DNA of 64,000 nucleotides from a virus: IMG/VR virus record IMGVR_UViG_3300022562_000726; one strand, 5' to 3'. The notes below the pieces were generated by a model. The model saw only the letters and a list, made by a program, of their open reading frames with translations. It searched no databases and was not told where the DNA came from. Each line of letters starts with the position of its first letter. Position 1 is the first letter of the stretch. The translations under genes and the position numbers were made by a program. Below, piece after piece: positions 9,467-18,837 of this stretch.

Positions 9467-10684
9467 ATGCAGACCATAGACAAGATGACGCGAGCCAAAC
9501 GGTATCTCGTCCAGTACCAAGTCTTTATATCCGCTGTCGCCACACGGCTTATCTATATTGAAGCCCCTGTGGGAACGATGGCAACTGACATGAGGCATGT
9601 TTATTGGGACCCAAACTTCGTCAAGAACCTCTCTGTTCTTGAAACGGCAGCGGTCATTGCCCATGAAGCATTCCATGTAATATTCCTCCACGGCCTTCGT
9701 CGTGGCGAACGTGACCCTCTCCTGTGGAACCTTGCAGGAGACTTTGCAATCAACATCATCCTGAGAGAAATGGGATTGAGGCTTCCGCTCATGGGCGGAA
9801 CCGAAAGCAAGCCCGGATATTGCTATGATGAGAAGTACCGGGACTGGTCAGTATATGAAATTTACGACGACCTTCTGAAGAACAAGGACAAATGGGTAAA
9901 AGAATATGTCCTGATGGTCGATGCGGACGGTCAGCCTGACAAGGATGGCAAGGATGCAAAGGGCCGCAAGGTTGTCTTTGGTGAAATCAGTGACGCCAAA
10001 GGAAAGAAAGGCAAGAAAGCTTCCGAGACGCAAAAACGCGAACTGGAAGAACGCATCAAGGAAGTTGTTCACAATGCAGCGCAAGCCGCAAAGCAGCGGG
10101 GCGAATTGCCGGGATGCCTTGAAGGTCTTGTAGAAGCGGTCGGCAAGCCGAAGATTGAATGGAAAGATTATATCCAGTCTTGGGTGAGCGGCGTCACGCC
10201 TGACAACTATACTTGGCAGAAACCGAACCGCCGTGTTCTTGGCAATTATGGAATGATTATGCCGACCATTCAATTCAATGGTGCAGGTGTTGGCGTCCTG
10301 TCTGTCGATGCATCCGGTTCTGTAACCGACAAGGAATTGCAGTATTACGCCACCGAAATCGCCGGGATCATCGATATGTGCGGTCCTGACAAGCTTTATA
10401 TCATCGTCCACGATGCAGTGGTGCAAAGTGTGACGGTATGGGAACCGGGGGAAGACTTCAAGCATCTTAGAATCAAGGGCCGTGGCGGCACATGTATTGC
10501 TCCCTCATTCAAGGCAGCGGCTGAACTTGAAGATGAAGTGAACTGGATGGTGTGCCTCACTGATATGGGTATCTGTGATTATCCATCGCCGGACGAGGCT
10601 CCCGATTATCCTGTCTTGTGGGCAGCAACAGGACCGGATAACGCGCCATTCGGCACATACATTCCAATCAAGGATGCATTCTGA
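9467..10684 (+). CDS. vWA-domain protein with N-terminal HExxH metallopeptidase-like domain (DUF2201-like)
   Basis: HEAFHVIFLHG zinc-binding motif; DASGSV MIDAS motif of the vWA fold; classic partner of MoxR ATPases. Confidence 0.7.
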   Translation: MQTIDKMTRAKRYLVQYQVFISAVATRLIYIEAPVGTMATDMRHVYWDPNFVKNLSVLETAAVIAHEAFHVIFLHGLRRGERDPLLWNLAGDFAINIILREMGLRLPLMGGTESKPGYCYDEKYRDWSVYEIYDDLLKNKDKWVKEYVLMVDADGQPDKDGKDAKGRKVVFGEISDAKGKKGKKASETQKRELEERIKEVVHNAAQAAKQRGELPGCLEGLVEAVGKPKIEWKDYIQSWVSGVTPDNYTWQKPNRRVLGNYGMIMPTIQFNGAGVGVLSVDASGSVTDKELQYYATEIAGIIDMCGPDKLYIIVHDAVVQSVTVWEPGEDFKHLRIKGRGGTCIAPSFKAAAELEDEVNWMVCLTDMGICDYPSPDEAPDYPVLWAATGPDNAPFGTYIPIKDAF

Positions 10685-11355
10685 TGACCACGAAATTCGA
10701 GCGCCAGAAAGCAGCAAGAATGATGGAGGGCCTGCGCAAGGTCCTCCCCTATCTTCACGACAAATCCAAGATGTCGATGGACTTGCAGGATGATGACATA
10801 GGCTATGAATTGCGGTCTGCGTCAAATTATCTGCGTAGTGCCTACCGTGAAATGAAAGACACACTCAAAGGGACGGAGGCAATAAAGGAAGAACAGCTAC
10901 CATTAAGACAGCGTACAAGGCAGCAAATAACCAGAAAAATAGATGCCATCTTCGGGAATATCCGCACATCCGTCGTCGGCCATGTCGGTAAGAAGGGACC
11001 GATGGGAACCAAGAGCGGAACATATGTTGATCTGTATGTTGGGTGGGGATGGATGAAGTATGTCGGCAACATTTTCTACAGGGATGACTTCAAAGTGCTT
11101 CCTGACAAATGGTTCATTCTTTCCGCAAGGGAAGTGAAGGTAAACGACCGCCTTGTGCGTCTGTTCAAGGCAAAGGTTTATGATCGTTCAACAGACGAAA
11201 ACAGGGATGCATTCATTGGAATGCCAAAGGAAGGAGTAAAGAAAGCAGCAATAAGATTTACGGCTCCAGCCGCAGTATCGGCGGCAAGAGAACTACTGTC
11301 ACAAGAAACCAACAGGAGAATGACCTATGACGCAAGCGATGAAAAAGAACAATGA
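10684..11355 (+). CDS. Hypothetical protein
   Basis: ORF with ATGA overlap to the upstream gene. Confidence 0.5.
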   Translation: MTTKFERQKAARMMEGLRKVLPYLHDKSKMSMDLQDDDIGYELRSASNYLRSAYREMKDTLKGTEAIKEEQLPLRQRTRQQITRKIDAIFGNIRTSVVGHVGKKGPMGTKSGTYVDLYVGWGWMKYVGNIFYRDDFKVLPDKWFILSAREVKVNDRLVRLFKAKVYDRSTDENRDAFIGMPKEGVKKAAIRFTAPAAVSAARELLSQETNRRMTYDASDEKEQ

Positions 11356-12418
11356 AGGCCTGACCATTATCGAAGAACTCCAGTCATTGCTGGATAGCCT
11401 TCGTGAGAATGAATACAACGAACTGAAAAAGAGCATCGAAGCCGAAGGCATTCGTGATCCTATCGTTGTATGGAAAGAGCGCAATGCCATTCTCGATGGT
11501 CATAACCGCTACAAGATAGCCGGTGAATTGGGCATCGATTATGAAACCAATGAAGTGAGCCTCAAGGATATTGACGAGGCAAAGGAATGGATGATCCGCA
11601 ACCAGTTGGGTCGGCGCAATCTTACCCCTGCTCAATTCGATTATTTCATTGGCCAGCTTTACAACCAGACACACAAGGTCGGTGAAGCTACGGCAGAAAA
11701 GATTGCCGAACAGTATGGCATTGGTGAAAGAACCGTGCGCCGTGCGGCCAAGGCAGCAACAGGCATCGACAAGATTGCTGAAGTGAAAGAGCAGATCAAG
11801 AACAAGCTTGATCTTCTCAAGGGCAAGCCTGAAGAACGCTATACCCAGAAGGAACTGGAGACAGTTGCCAAGGCATCGTCGCCGGAAGTGGTCAAGAAGG
11901 TTGTCGAGAAGATTGACAACAAGAAAAAGGAAATCGCACAGACAAAGCAGGCTGTGAAGCAGGCAGCGAAGGCTCCTGAACCGAAGCCACAGACTTATCA
12001 GGTGGCTTTCGTCGAGCCTAATTTCGAGGGCATAAGCTTCAACATCGACACAGAAAAGAAGCCGCCGCTCGATACCAATGCCGTTGTTTACATGGCAGTG
12101 GATGACGGTTTCCTTGCCGATGGCTTGGCATTGTTCAGGAAATGGGGCCTGACCTATGAAGCCTCGTTCATCTTCAAGATTGAGCCAGTCGAGGGCATCT
12201 GGTCCAAGGTCCAGCACAAGTTTCTTATCGTTGGCACCAAGGGCACCATCACTGGTCCTGAACAGGGCAAGGAAGCATTGTCGCTTCCGAACGGCCCAAC
12301 AGAACCAATTGAAAACAAGATGGAACGCATCATCAATGCTTACCATCCGAAGGTGGACAAGCTTGCCATGCTGTCGTCCTACAAGACACCGCAGGGCTGG
12401 TCAGTCCTTTCTCAGTAA
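11327..12418 (+). CDS. ParB/Srx-like N-terminal domain fused to an MT-A70-like (adenine methyltransferase-like) domain
   Basis: ParB box DGHNR and HTH region; the C-terminal part matches the MT-A70 layout (DDGFL, WGLTYE, FKI, FLIVGTKG), but the DPPW position reads EPNF. Confidence 0.6.
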   Translation: MTQAMKKNNEGLTIIEELQSLLDSLRENEYNELKKSIEAEGIRDPIVVWKERNAILDGHNRYKIAGELGIDYETNEVSLKDIDEAKEWMIRNQLGRRNLTPAQFDYFIGQLYNQTHKVGEATAEKIAEQYGIGERTVRRAAKAATGIDKIAEVKEQIKNKLDLLKGKPEERYTQKELETVAKASSPEVVKKVVEKIDNKKKEIAQTKQAVKQAAKAPEPKPQTYQVAFVEPNFEGISFNIDTEKKPPLDTNAVVYMAVDDGFLADGLALFRKWGLTYEASFIFKIEPVEGIWSKVQHKFLIVGTKGTITGPEQGKEALSLPNGPTEPIENKMERIINAYHPKVDKLAMLSSYKTPQGWSVLSQ

Positions 12419-12435
12419 TGTTTAATTGGCGTGTC

Positions 12436-12458
12436 GCTCCGGCCATTTTGGCCGGAGC
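12436..12458. repeat. Best copy of the GGCC-ATTTT-GGCC motif; 23-bp hairpin GCTCCGGCC-ATTTT-GGCCGGAGC
   Basis: Located 18 nt downstream of the ParB-MTase stop. Confidence 0.7.
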
Positions 12459-12470
12459 ATTGGAGGAAAC

Positions 12471-12674
12471 ATGAAAAAGCAAAGAAGCCCATGGAGGATT
12501 GGATGGTTCCTGATTTACATGGAATTGATACTGACCTTCGATGTGAGCGTGTTCCCAATCTCTCAATTCAACTGGCATGTATTGCTCCATGCGTTTGCAG
12601 TCGAAGCATACATATTATCCTCTTTCATATACCTTGAATACTGGTGGGACAGCCTGACAAAGGAGGGTGAATAA
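12471..12674 (+). CDS. Small membrane protein (67 aa)
   Basis: GGAGG ribosome-binding site; highly hydrophobic, aromatic-rich. Confidence 0.4.
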   Translation: MKKQRSPWRIGWFLIYMELILTFDVSVFPISQFNWHVLLHAFAVEAYILSSFIYLEYWWDSLTKEGE

Positions 12675-12676
12675 AC

Positions 12677-12949
12677 ATGTATGCCGTCATCATAGAAACG
12701 GAAGAAGGTCGTCACGCGATTATCAAGACTGAAATCGAGCAGCAGATGCAGGTCGTTGCAAGCCTCTGCTCTGCGCATTTGCAGAAGGTATATCCCGGCT
12801 GCAAGGCATGGGTGCTTCACAATCACAACGACATAATGAAAGTGGAGATGCATCCAAGGAAGGAAGAAATCATGGGAAAGCTGCGTGAAGCAGAATTTCC
12901 CCTTCCGAAACCAGACATGGTAATCGAGGGCGAATATCAGCGCCTCTAG
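12677..12949 (+). CDS. Hypothetical protein
   Basis: AGGAGGG ribosome-binding site; last gene of the rightward early operon. Confidence 0.5.
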   Translation: MYAVIIETEEGRHAIIKTEIEQQMQVVASLCSAHLQKVYPGCKAWVLHNHNDIMKVEMHPRKEEIMGKLREAEFPLPKPDMVIEGEYQRL

Positions 12950-13404
12950 CGCATCATTATCTTGGCAAGGGTATCGATGGCATCTCTCAACTGTTCATCG
13001 GTATCCGGCCAAGGCCTGTCTATTAAAACCATATTCACAAGAACAATGCGCTTTCCCTTTCCAAGGCGCTCGTCCATTCTCCTGAACAATGAAACAACTG
13101 CCCTGATCTGGTTGGCTCTCCGGTCCCCCACTATAGATGGGTCAGCCGAAAGAGGCGCATCATACACAGGCGACCGCATCCCCACGAAGTTTGCTTTCTG
13201 TAGCAGGTGCAGGAATTTCTCCAGTGTGGAATGATCCGATGAATTGATCCGGTCTTCCAATAGCAGCCTGTCTATATATGTCTCGTCTACTACTTTCCCC
13301 TGATACTCCATCCCTCCACCGATAGGCTTGGGCACCACGCGGAGACGCTTGGATAATTCAGATGTGCCCATGTCGATTGGCTCTCTCTTGATCTTTTTAA
13401 TCAT
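12946..13404 (-). CDS. Hypothetical protein (last gene of the replication block)
   Basis: ORF overlapping the primase-helicase stop. Confidence 0.5.
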   Translation of the reverse strand: MIKKIKREPIDMGTSELSKRLRVVPKPIGGGMEYQGKVVDETYIDRLLLEDRINSSDHSTLEKFLHLLQKANFVGMRSPVYDAPLSADPSIVGDRRANQIRAVVSLFRRMDERLGKGKRIVLVNMVLIDRPWPDTDEQLRDAIDTLAKIMMR

Positions 13405-15175
13405 ACCACATGTCTCCGTTATATGGCTCGATTTCTGGCTGTATCCCCGTCATGTAGCAATGATGGACATTATCCCAAAGCAGCGATACTTCTCCCTCCT
13501 TGCCAAGCCAGTGCCATCGCGTCTTCCAGTTGATGATCCTGACAACGCCGGGAAGATTGCGCTCCCTGTGTACGGTGAGGCCGAAATCAGCCTTGGAATA
13601 CCATGAACCGGAACCGGAAATCGAATAGCCTCTTGGTGGTGGATAGTTCCCCTCACTGTCAGACACAAGCTTTGTAGGATGAGCAATGAACCATATATGC
13701 AGGTCGTATGCTTGGGCCAGCAACCTGATCCGTGTCAGCACATCGTCAATCCACTGCGTCTCGCTCTCCGCAGACTTGGGACGCTGTATGTAGTTGTACG
13801 GGTCGATGACCGCTCCTCTTACACCCCACCTGAATACTGCCGTCTTGATCCTTTCTATGATGCTTTCAATGTCTGCCTTTGCGCCGTCTTCCTGTTGCAT
13901 GAATTTGAAGTGCCGGTGAATGAAGGGTAATGCGCCTTCAAGTTCATCTTCTTCCATTACGGGGCCGGGAAGATCGCTCTGGAAAAAATGCTTACCGACA
14001 AGCATTTCGGAAAGCTTCGCAATATGGACGTGAATTGGATTTTCAAAGGAGCAGACTGCAAATGTACTGCCATGGAGACGGGCGGCATTGAGCATAAGCT
14101 GATCGACAAATGTCGATTTGCCGTTGGCCGGTATCCCGGTAACTACCGTGAGCATACCTTTCTCAATCGAGTAATATTCATCAAGGTCGGAAATACCTGT
14201 CTTGACACGCTCACCATATCCATTGGTGAACAGTTCGCGGACTTGCGGGAAGAATGTTTCTGCTTCGTAAAGTCCAGCCACAGGCCAAGGTTTTGCTGTA
14301 TCAACACAGGCTTTAAGAACCTCTCCACCGTGTCGTAATAGTGTATCGTTGGCATCCTTGCAGCCATCTGGGTACTCCACTTTCCAGCACTTGTGCCTGC
14401 CTATGCGGCGGGCCAGTTCATCAGCAAGCTTCTCACCGGGGGCGTCGTTGTCGGTTGCTATGTAAACCTTCTTCGCCTTGTCGATTATATCCTTGGCAGA
14501 CCAGAGGAAGCCAAACACAGTTTGGTCATCGCCCTCCTTGTTGTTTGCCGTAAAGGAGGATGCGCCGTTCGGGACACTGGTGGCATTCAGGACGCCTGCC
14601 TCTCCCATTGCAAGCATATCCGGCTCGCCCTCGCATATGGTGAGGGACGCTTCCTCCTCCATGTCAACGCAGTGAAGCCCGCACAGGGTCGTGAGCGGCC
14701 TGTCACACACATTGGCCTTGTCTTCGACCGACCTGACCTTGTGACCGACAACCCTGTCATTGTCGATGTAAGGGAAAGCAACTGCCGCCGTGTTTCTCTT
14801 GATGGCCGGGAAGAATGCCTGTGCCGCCACAACCTTGAATGTCTTGGCCGTAGCCTCACTGATCCCCCGCTTCTTGAGCCAGTCAAGAGCGAAGGTATCG
14901 AGCGTATGGCTTATGTGTTTGACGGCTCCCGTTGTGCGCTGCACCATTGGCGCGGGACGCTCTGCCTTCTTCTCCTCGAACAGGACAACCCCCTTCTCTC
15001 CGCAGTCACCATGCCAGCAGATGTAAATGGCACGGTTATCCTTGACCTCAACAGACAGGCAGCGTTCGTGCTTCTTTACTCTTGTGTGCGAACAGAACGG
15101 GCAAAGCCGTCTGTAGTGACCAATGGGCCTGCCAATAGCCCAATGTTTTATATCTTCCTGTGCGGATGATAGCAT
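13397..15175 (-). CDS. Bifunctional DNA primase/helicase (T7 gp4-like: zinc ribbon, TOPRIM, DnaB-type helicase)
   Basis: CPFC...CWHGDC zinc ribbon; EGEPDML and TDNDAPG TOPRIM motifs; Walker A GIPANGKST. ATG at 15175 is preferred over the TTG at 15232 inside the upstream terminator. Confidence 0.85.
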   Translation of the reverse strand: MLSSAQEDIKHWAIGRPIGHYRRLCPFCSHTRVKKHERCLSVEVKDNRAIYICWHGDCGEKGVVLFEEKKAERPAPMVQRTTGAVKHISHTLDTFALDWLKKRGISEATAKTFKVVAAQAFFPAIKRNTAAVAFPYIDNDRVVGHKVRSVEDKANVCDRPLTTLCGLHCVDMEEEASLTICEGEPDMLAMGEAGVLNATSVPNGASSFTANNKEGDDQTVFGFLWSAKDIIDKAKKVYIATDNDAPGEKLADELARRIGRHKCWKVEYPDGCKDANDTLLRHGGEVLKACVDTAKPWPVAGLYEAETFFPQVRELFTNGYGERVKTGISDLDEYYSIEKGMLTVVTGIPANGKSTFVDQLMLNAARLHGSTFAVCSFENPIHVHIAKLSEMLVGKHFFQSDLPGPVMEEDELEGALPFIHRHFKFMQQEDGAKADIESIIERIKTAVFRWGVRGAVIDPYNYIQRPKSAESETQWIDDVLTRIRLLAQAYDLHIWFIAHPTKLVSDSEGNYPPPRGYSISGSGSWYSKADFGLTVHRERNLPGVVRIINWKTRWHWLGKEGEVSLLWDNVHHCYMTGIQPEIEPYNGDMWYD

Positions 15176-15230
15176 CTTTTTTCCCACTTGATAGAAGGTG
15201 AGGGTAACAAAAGAATGAGGAATTTCAAGC

Positions 15231-15264
15231 AATAAAAAGCCCCATGGACCTTAATCCATGGGGC
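15231..15264 (-). terminator. Rho-independent terminator (minus strand)
   Basis: GCCCCATGGA-ccttaa-TCCATGGGGC 10-bp stem followed on the minus strand by TTTTTATT. Confidence 0.7.
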
Positions 15265-15323
15265 TGGCGATGAGCGCGGTTGGGTGCCATCACTGCGCTC
15301 GAAGCAGTAAGGAGTGGGATGCC

Positions 15324-16381
15324 TTACACTTCCAAGGTATCCATTTTTGTTTTCAAGTCAACATGCAACTTGGTCAACTCAGTGAATTTTTTATCCAATG
15401 CTTCAACTTTTGCGGTCAAGGCATTGTAATCACTATCGATTTGCTTGTAGAGCAACTGCACGGCGCTAAACTCTTTTTCATAGTTTTCACGCAGCGTCTG
15501 GAAAGCGGCGATCTGCTCCCGAAGCGCACCTTCATTCACATTCGGGCCGAAAATTCCGGTATCTTCACGGACCTTTTCCACCCATGGAACAGGGACGCCA
15601 AGGTCTTTGGCAACCTTTTCATCTGACCAGTCGGCAGTGTAGGATTTTTCATCCCCATACACTTCGTTCAGCTTGGCCAGAATGACACGCCAATCGCTGC
15701 GCGGAGGCTCTGAAACATTTTCAGCAACAGTTCCAACTGTAGTCACTTTCATTTGTTCCATACCGATTTCCTTGGCGAGTGCCGGTAAGATCGGTTTCTT
15801 GATTGGCTCCGGCTGGCGCTCGATCTTCCCGTTGGAAGCCAGCTTGTCAGCATGTTCTGGACATAGATCGGCGCGAGGACCGCCACCGATTATCCACCCC
15901 TTGTTACGGAACCAGTTTGCTGCATGGCTTGGATTAACCGATCCACCAGCACGGATGAACTTTTCCGTCCTGTTACATTTGCTGCAATGCACCATCACAC
16001 CGACTGAAAAAGCACGGTGCGTGGTATCCCATTCTTTAACTGGAGTGAACTGGCGATCAGGCACTTTCTTTCCCTTTCCTTTTTGAGCAGGTCTACCTGA
16101 TGGGGTCTTTCTGAAACGGAGATGATACTCAAGCCGTTTCTGTGGCACCCCAAGTTTCTTGGCGAGGTCATGGTATGCAATGCTTGGGTCAGCATCGATG
16201 ATAGACAAGGCCTGCCCAAGCCAGTGCGGGTCTTTCAGGTTTGGTTGAGGACGCGCCAGCTTTATGAATGAGCGTATCCATGATTCAGATTTGCCGACTT
16301 CATCGGCAATCTTATCAACCCGAACTTTCTGGTCGTACAGTTTAAGGGCTTTATCGCCCCATTCCGGTACATCAATCCGGC
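15324..16381 (-). CDS. Putative DNA-binding regulatory protein with Cys-rich region
   Basis: GGAAGGA ribosome-binding site before the ATG at 16381; HTH-like N-terminus; CSKC...CPEH cluster; C-terminal coiled coil. Confidence 0.4.
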
Positions 16382-16695
16382 TTATGTCCATTGTCCTTCC
16401 TTTCGTCTTCTCTCTTGAGGTAGTCAAAGAGCGGGATAATTTTCCCTGTCTTTTCCATGTACGCTGACACAAGCGTTGCCACGGCGTCGGAGGGAATGGT
16501 GTCACGCTCCATCCATTTCCCGATTGTCTTTGGCTTGACGGTGCTGCCTGACTGTTCAAGGAGGCGGTGGACCGTTTCAACAATTCCACGATACGTGTAA
16601 TCCGGCTCATCTTCCGTCTTGCTCACTATTTCTTTCAACAAAGCCCTGACGTCGAACGATACGCTGTACTTTGAGTGTGTTCCCAATTCGCTCAT
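16372..16695 (-). CDS. Hypothetical protein
   Basis: ORF; overlaps the downstream gene start. Confidence 0.45.
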   Translation of the reverse strand: MSELGTHSKYSVSFDVRALLKEIVSKTEDEPDYTYRGIVETVHRLLEQSGSTVKPKTIGKWMERDTIPSDAVATLVSAYMEKTGKIIPLFDYLKREDERKDNGHKPD

Positions 16696-16759
16696 GTTTT
16701 ACTCCTTGAAGCGACCCCCTGTAGTGAACCTACAGGGAGTCGTCTTTTAATTCAAGGGG

Positions 16760-18196
16760 TTAACCGAAGTGATCTTCAAGGCCGTCTTCAATAGCCTTTT
16801 TGGATGCTGCCTTGACGACTGGCTCGATAGCTTTTGCAAGAGCCTCTGAAAGAGGATCAATCTGCTTTCGGCCTTCCGAAGCACGTTCGAGAAGTTCCAG
16901 ATGGTTCTTCATGCTTTGGGCAGACATGGCAATGTCGTCGCCGGTTATCTTGTCATGACCATTGAAGAGCATGGCAAGCTTCGATTTCTTGACAACCTCC
17001 GCAATATTGGCGGGGATTGTGCCGGATAGCATTTCGATAGGCTTGGAAAGATCGGTGTCTTTCTCAAGTGCATCTCCAGCATAGAACTCGATGAGGCGGG
17101 CCACGGTGTCACCCTCCGGTGGACGAAGCGATATGATTGTATCGAGGCGACCGGGACGCAGCATTGCCTTGTCAATCTTGCTGGCGAAGTTGGTCGTCAG
17201 GATCGTCATGATTTCGGCATTCTTGCCGACAACCCCATCGATTTCATTGATAAGATCGTTGGCACCCTGATTGCGATCCTCGACAACCGAATCAATATCT
17301 TCGGTAAAGACGACGCAAGGCTGATACATGGCGGCGAAGCGAAGGGCAAACTTGAGAGCCTGCGCCTTCTTCACAAGGATGAAGGTCCAAGCATACTCGT
17401 TGGCAACCCTTGCAATAGCCTTGGCCGTCAGCGTCTTGCCGGTTCCATACGGGCCTTCAAGAAGGATGCCACGCTTCAACGGAATGTTCTGGGCACGGCA
17501 AGCCGCCGTATAGATAAGCGGTGCCATGACGGAAACATTGATGGTGTCTTCCGTTTCCTTGTTGTGGATCGGCACTTCATGCCCTGCGGAAGGATCGAAG
17601 AACTCAAGGGGATCATCGAAGTCAACGCCGGTTTCAGTCTGGTCAGATTCAAGGATGATGGACCTGCCAGCATATATCGATTCAGCTTTCTGGATACGAA
17701 CGGCTTCCTTGATAATATCCATGACAATCTTCTTGTCCTTGGCCTTGATCTTCCCGACAATGGCAAGGGTCGGGATGCCACGGGTTTCGGTTTGTATTGT
17801 CTGGATGGTGCCGTCGATATTCGGAAGGGAGAAGGAACCATACGGAACCTGAATGAAATCATTGACATTCGGGCCAGTTTTTACATGGACGAAACGCGGT
17901 GGTGTCTCCCCAAAGAAACCGGGGGTCGGCTTCGCTTGGGAATATCCGTAGATGTTCTTGAGTGCCTTTGCAAAACAGACAAGTCCATCGAAAAAATGGC
18001 AGGGGATTTCCTCCGCTACCTGATAGACAGTCTCCTCCGCCTTCTTGATACGGGTCAGTGTCTTGATACCAGCATCGATAGACATGCGGTTTGGATCGTC
18101 CGGCAGGATGATCTTTGTCCCGGCATGTTCTACTTCAAGATCAACGCTATCCCAAACGTTGTCTGCCTTGTCTTCTTTCTTCTTGGCATCCGACAT
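16760..18196 (-). CDS. AAA+ ATPase (classical AAA, Cdc48/FtsH-type)
   Basis: Walker A GPYGTGKT; Walker B FTEDIDS; second region of homology. AAGGAAGGA ribosome-binding site before the ATG at 18196. Confidence 0.8.
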   Translation of the reverse strand: MSDAKKKEDKADNVWDSVDLEVEHAGTKIILPDDPNRMSIDAGIKTLTRIKKAEETVYQVAEEIPCHFFDGLVCFAKALKNIYGYSQAKPTPGFFGETPPRFVHVKTGPNVNDFIQVPYGSFSLPNIDGTIQTIQTETRGIPTLAIVGKIKAKDKKIVMDIIKEAVRIQKAESIYAGRSIILESDQTETGVDFDDPLEFFDPSAGHEVPIHNKETEDTINVSVMAPLIYTAACRAQNIPLKRGILLEGPYGTGKTLTAKAIARVANEYAWTFILVKKAQALKFALRFAAMYQPCVVFTEDIDSVVEDRNQGANDLINEIDGVVGKNAEIMTILTTNFASKIDKAMLRPGRLDTIISLRPPEGDTVARLIEFYAGDALEKDTDLSKPIEMLSGTIPANIAEVVKKSKLAMLFNGHDKITGDDIAMSAQSMKNHLELLERASEGRKQIDPLSEALAKAIEPVVKAASKKAIEDGLEDHFG

Positions 18197-18223
18197 AGTA
18201 ATTCCTTCCTTGTTTATGTCGAT

Positions 18224-18273
18224 TAAAAAGGTCCCCCTCTCCACATGTCTCAGGACGGCTTTGCAGAGAGGGG
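18224..18273 (-). terminator. Putative terminator with large loop (minus strand)
   Basis: CCCCCTCTC ... GAGAGGGGG 9-bp arms with a 24-nt loop; TTTTTAAT follows on the minus strand. Confidence 0.4.
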
Positions 18274-18344
18274 GCAGTCGAAGGATGGTTCGGGGGGAAG
18301 AACACCATCCTTCAAGATAACGGGAAAAGAACCAAACCCGTTAC

Positions 18345-18749
18345 CTATTCTTCAAAGGGGACGTAAGCATAGCTTTCGACCCAGAAGCATGTGTAGCCAT
18401 CGTCGGCCCACAACATGACACGCATATCGAGGCGGCGACCGTAGCCATTGGATGACACTTCAGAAATATCTGCGGCTGTAAATGTGGGGCTGACGCCGCC
18501 TACAGTCTCGACAACGATATGGGGAATGCCAGCATACTTCGCACCCATGCCTTCACGTGGGGTTACAAAGTCTCCTACTTCGAAGGCCGGTCCCTGATGA
18601 ATGGCATCATCATAGATTTTGGCAAGTTCAGTAAGCACTGCCTTCTGGCCTTCGATGGATGGTGCCGGTTTACGAGGGCGACCTTCCCGTTTTGCTTGGA
18701 CCATTGCACCCTGCAACAGTTCACCAAGAGATATCCCATCACCTGACAT
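18345..18749 (-). CDS. Hypothetical protein
   Basis: GAAAGGA ribosome-binding site before the ATG at 18749. Confidence 0.5.
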   Translation of the reverse strand: MSGDGISLGELLQGAMVQAKREGRPRKPAPSIEGQKAVLTELAKIYDDAIHQGPAFEVGDFVTPREGMGAKYAGIPHIVVETVGGVSPTFTAADISEVSSNGYGRRLDMRVMLWADDGYTCFWVESYAYVPFEE

Positions 18750-18791
18750 GGCGTGTCCTTTCTTTTGTTTGAGGCGACCGATTGTCGATGC

Positions 18792-18820
18792 AACATCGCA
18801 CACCGACCCGCTGTCGTCAA
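18792..18820 (-). promoter_or_regulatory. Sigma70-like promoter P5 (minus strand) with the same operator-like spacer
   Basis: Minus strand reads TTGACG, then ACAGCGGGTCGGTGTGC, then GATGTT. Confidence 0.4.
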
Positions 18821-18837
18821 GCCACGCCAACTCTTAT

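Noticed and set aside
12436-12458. Palindrome downstream of the ParB-MTase read as an intrinsic terminator
   Set aside because: The stem is strong but no U-tract follows. It belongs to the dispersed GGCC-N5-GGCC motif family, so it is treated as a motif copy.
15176-15232. TTG start extending the primase-helicase to 15232
   Set aside because: The extension runs through the terminator hairpin of the upstream gene and lacks an SD sequence. The ATG at 15175, just after the terminator, is preferred.
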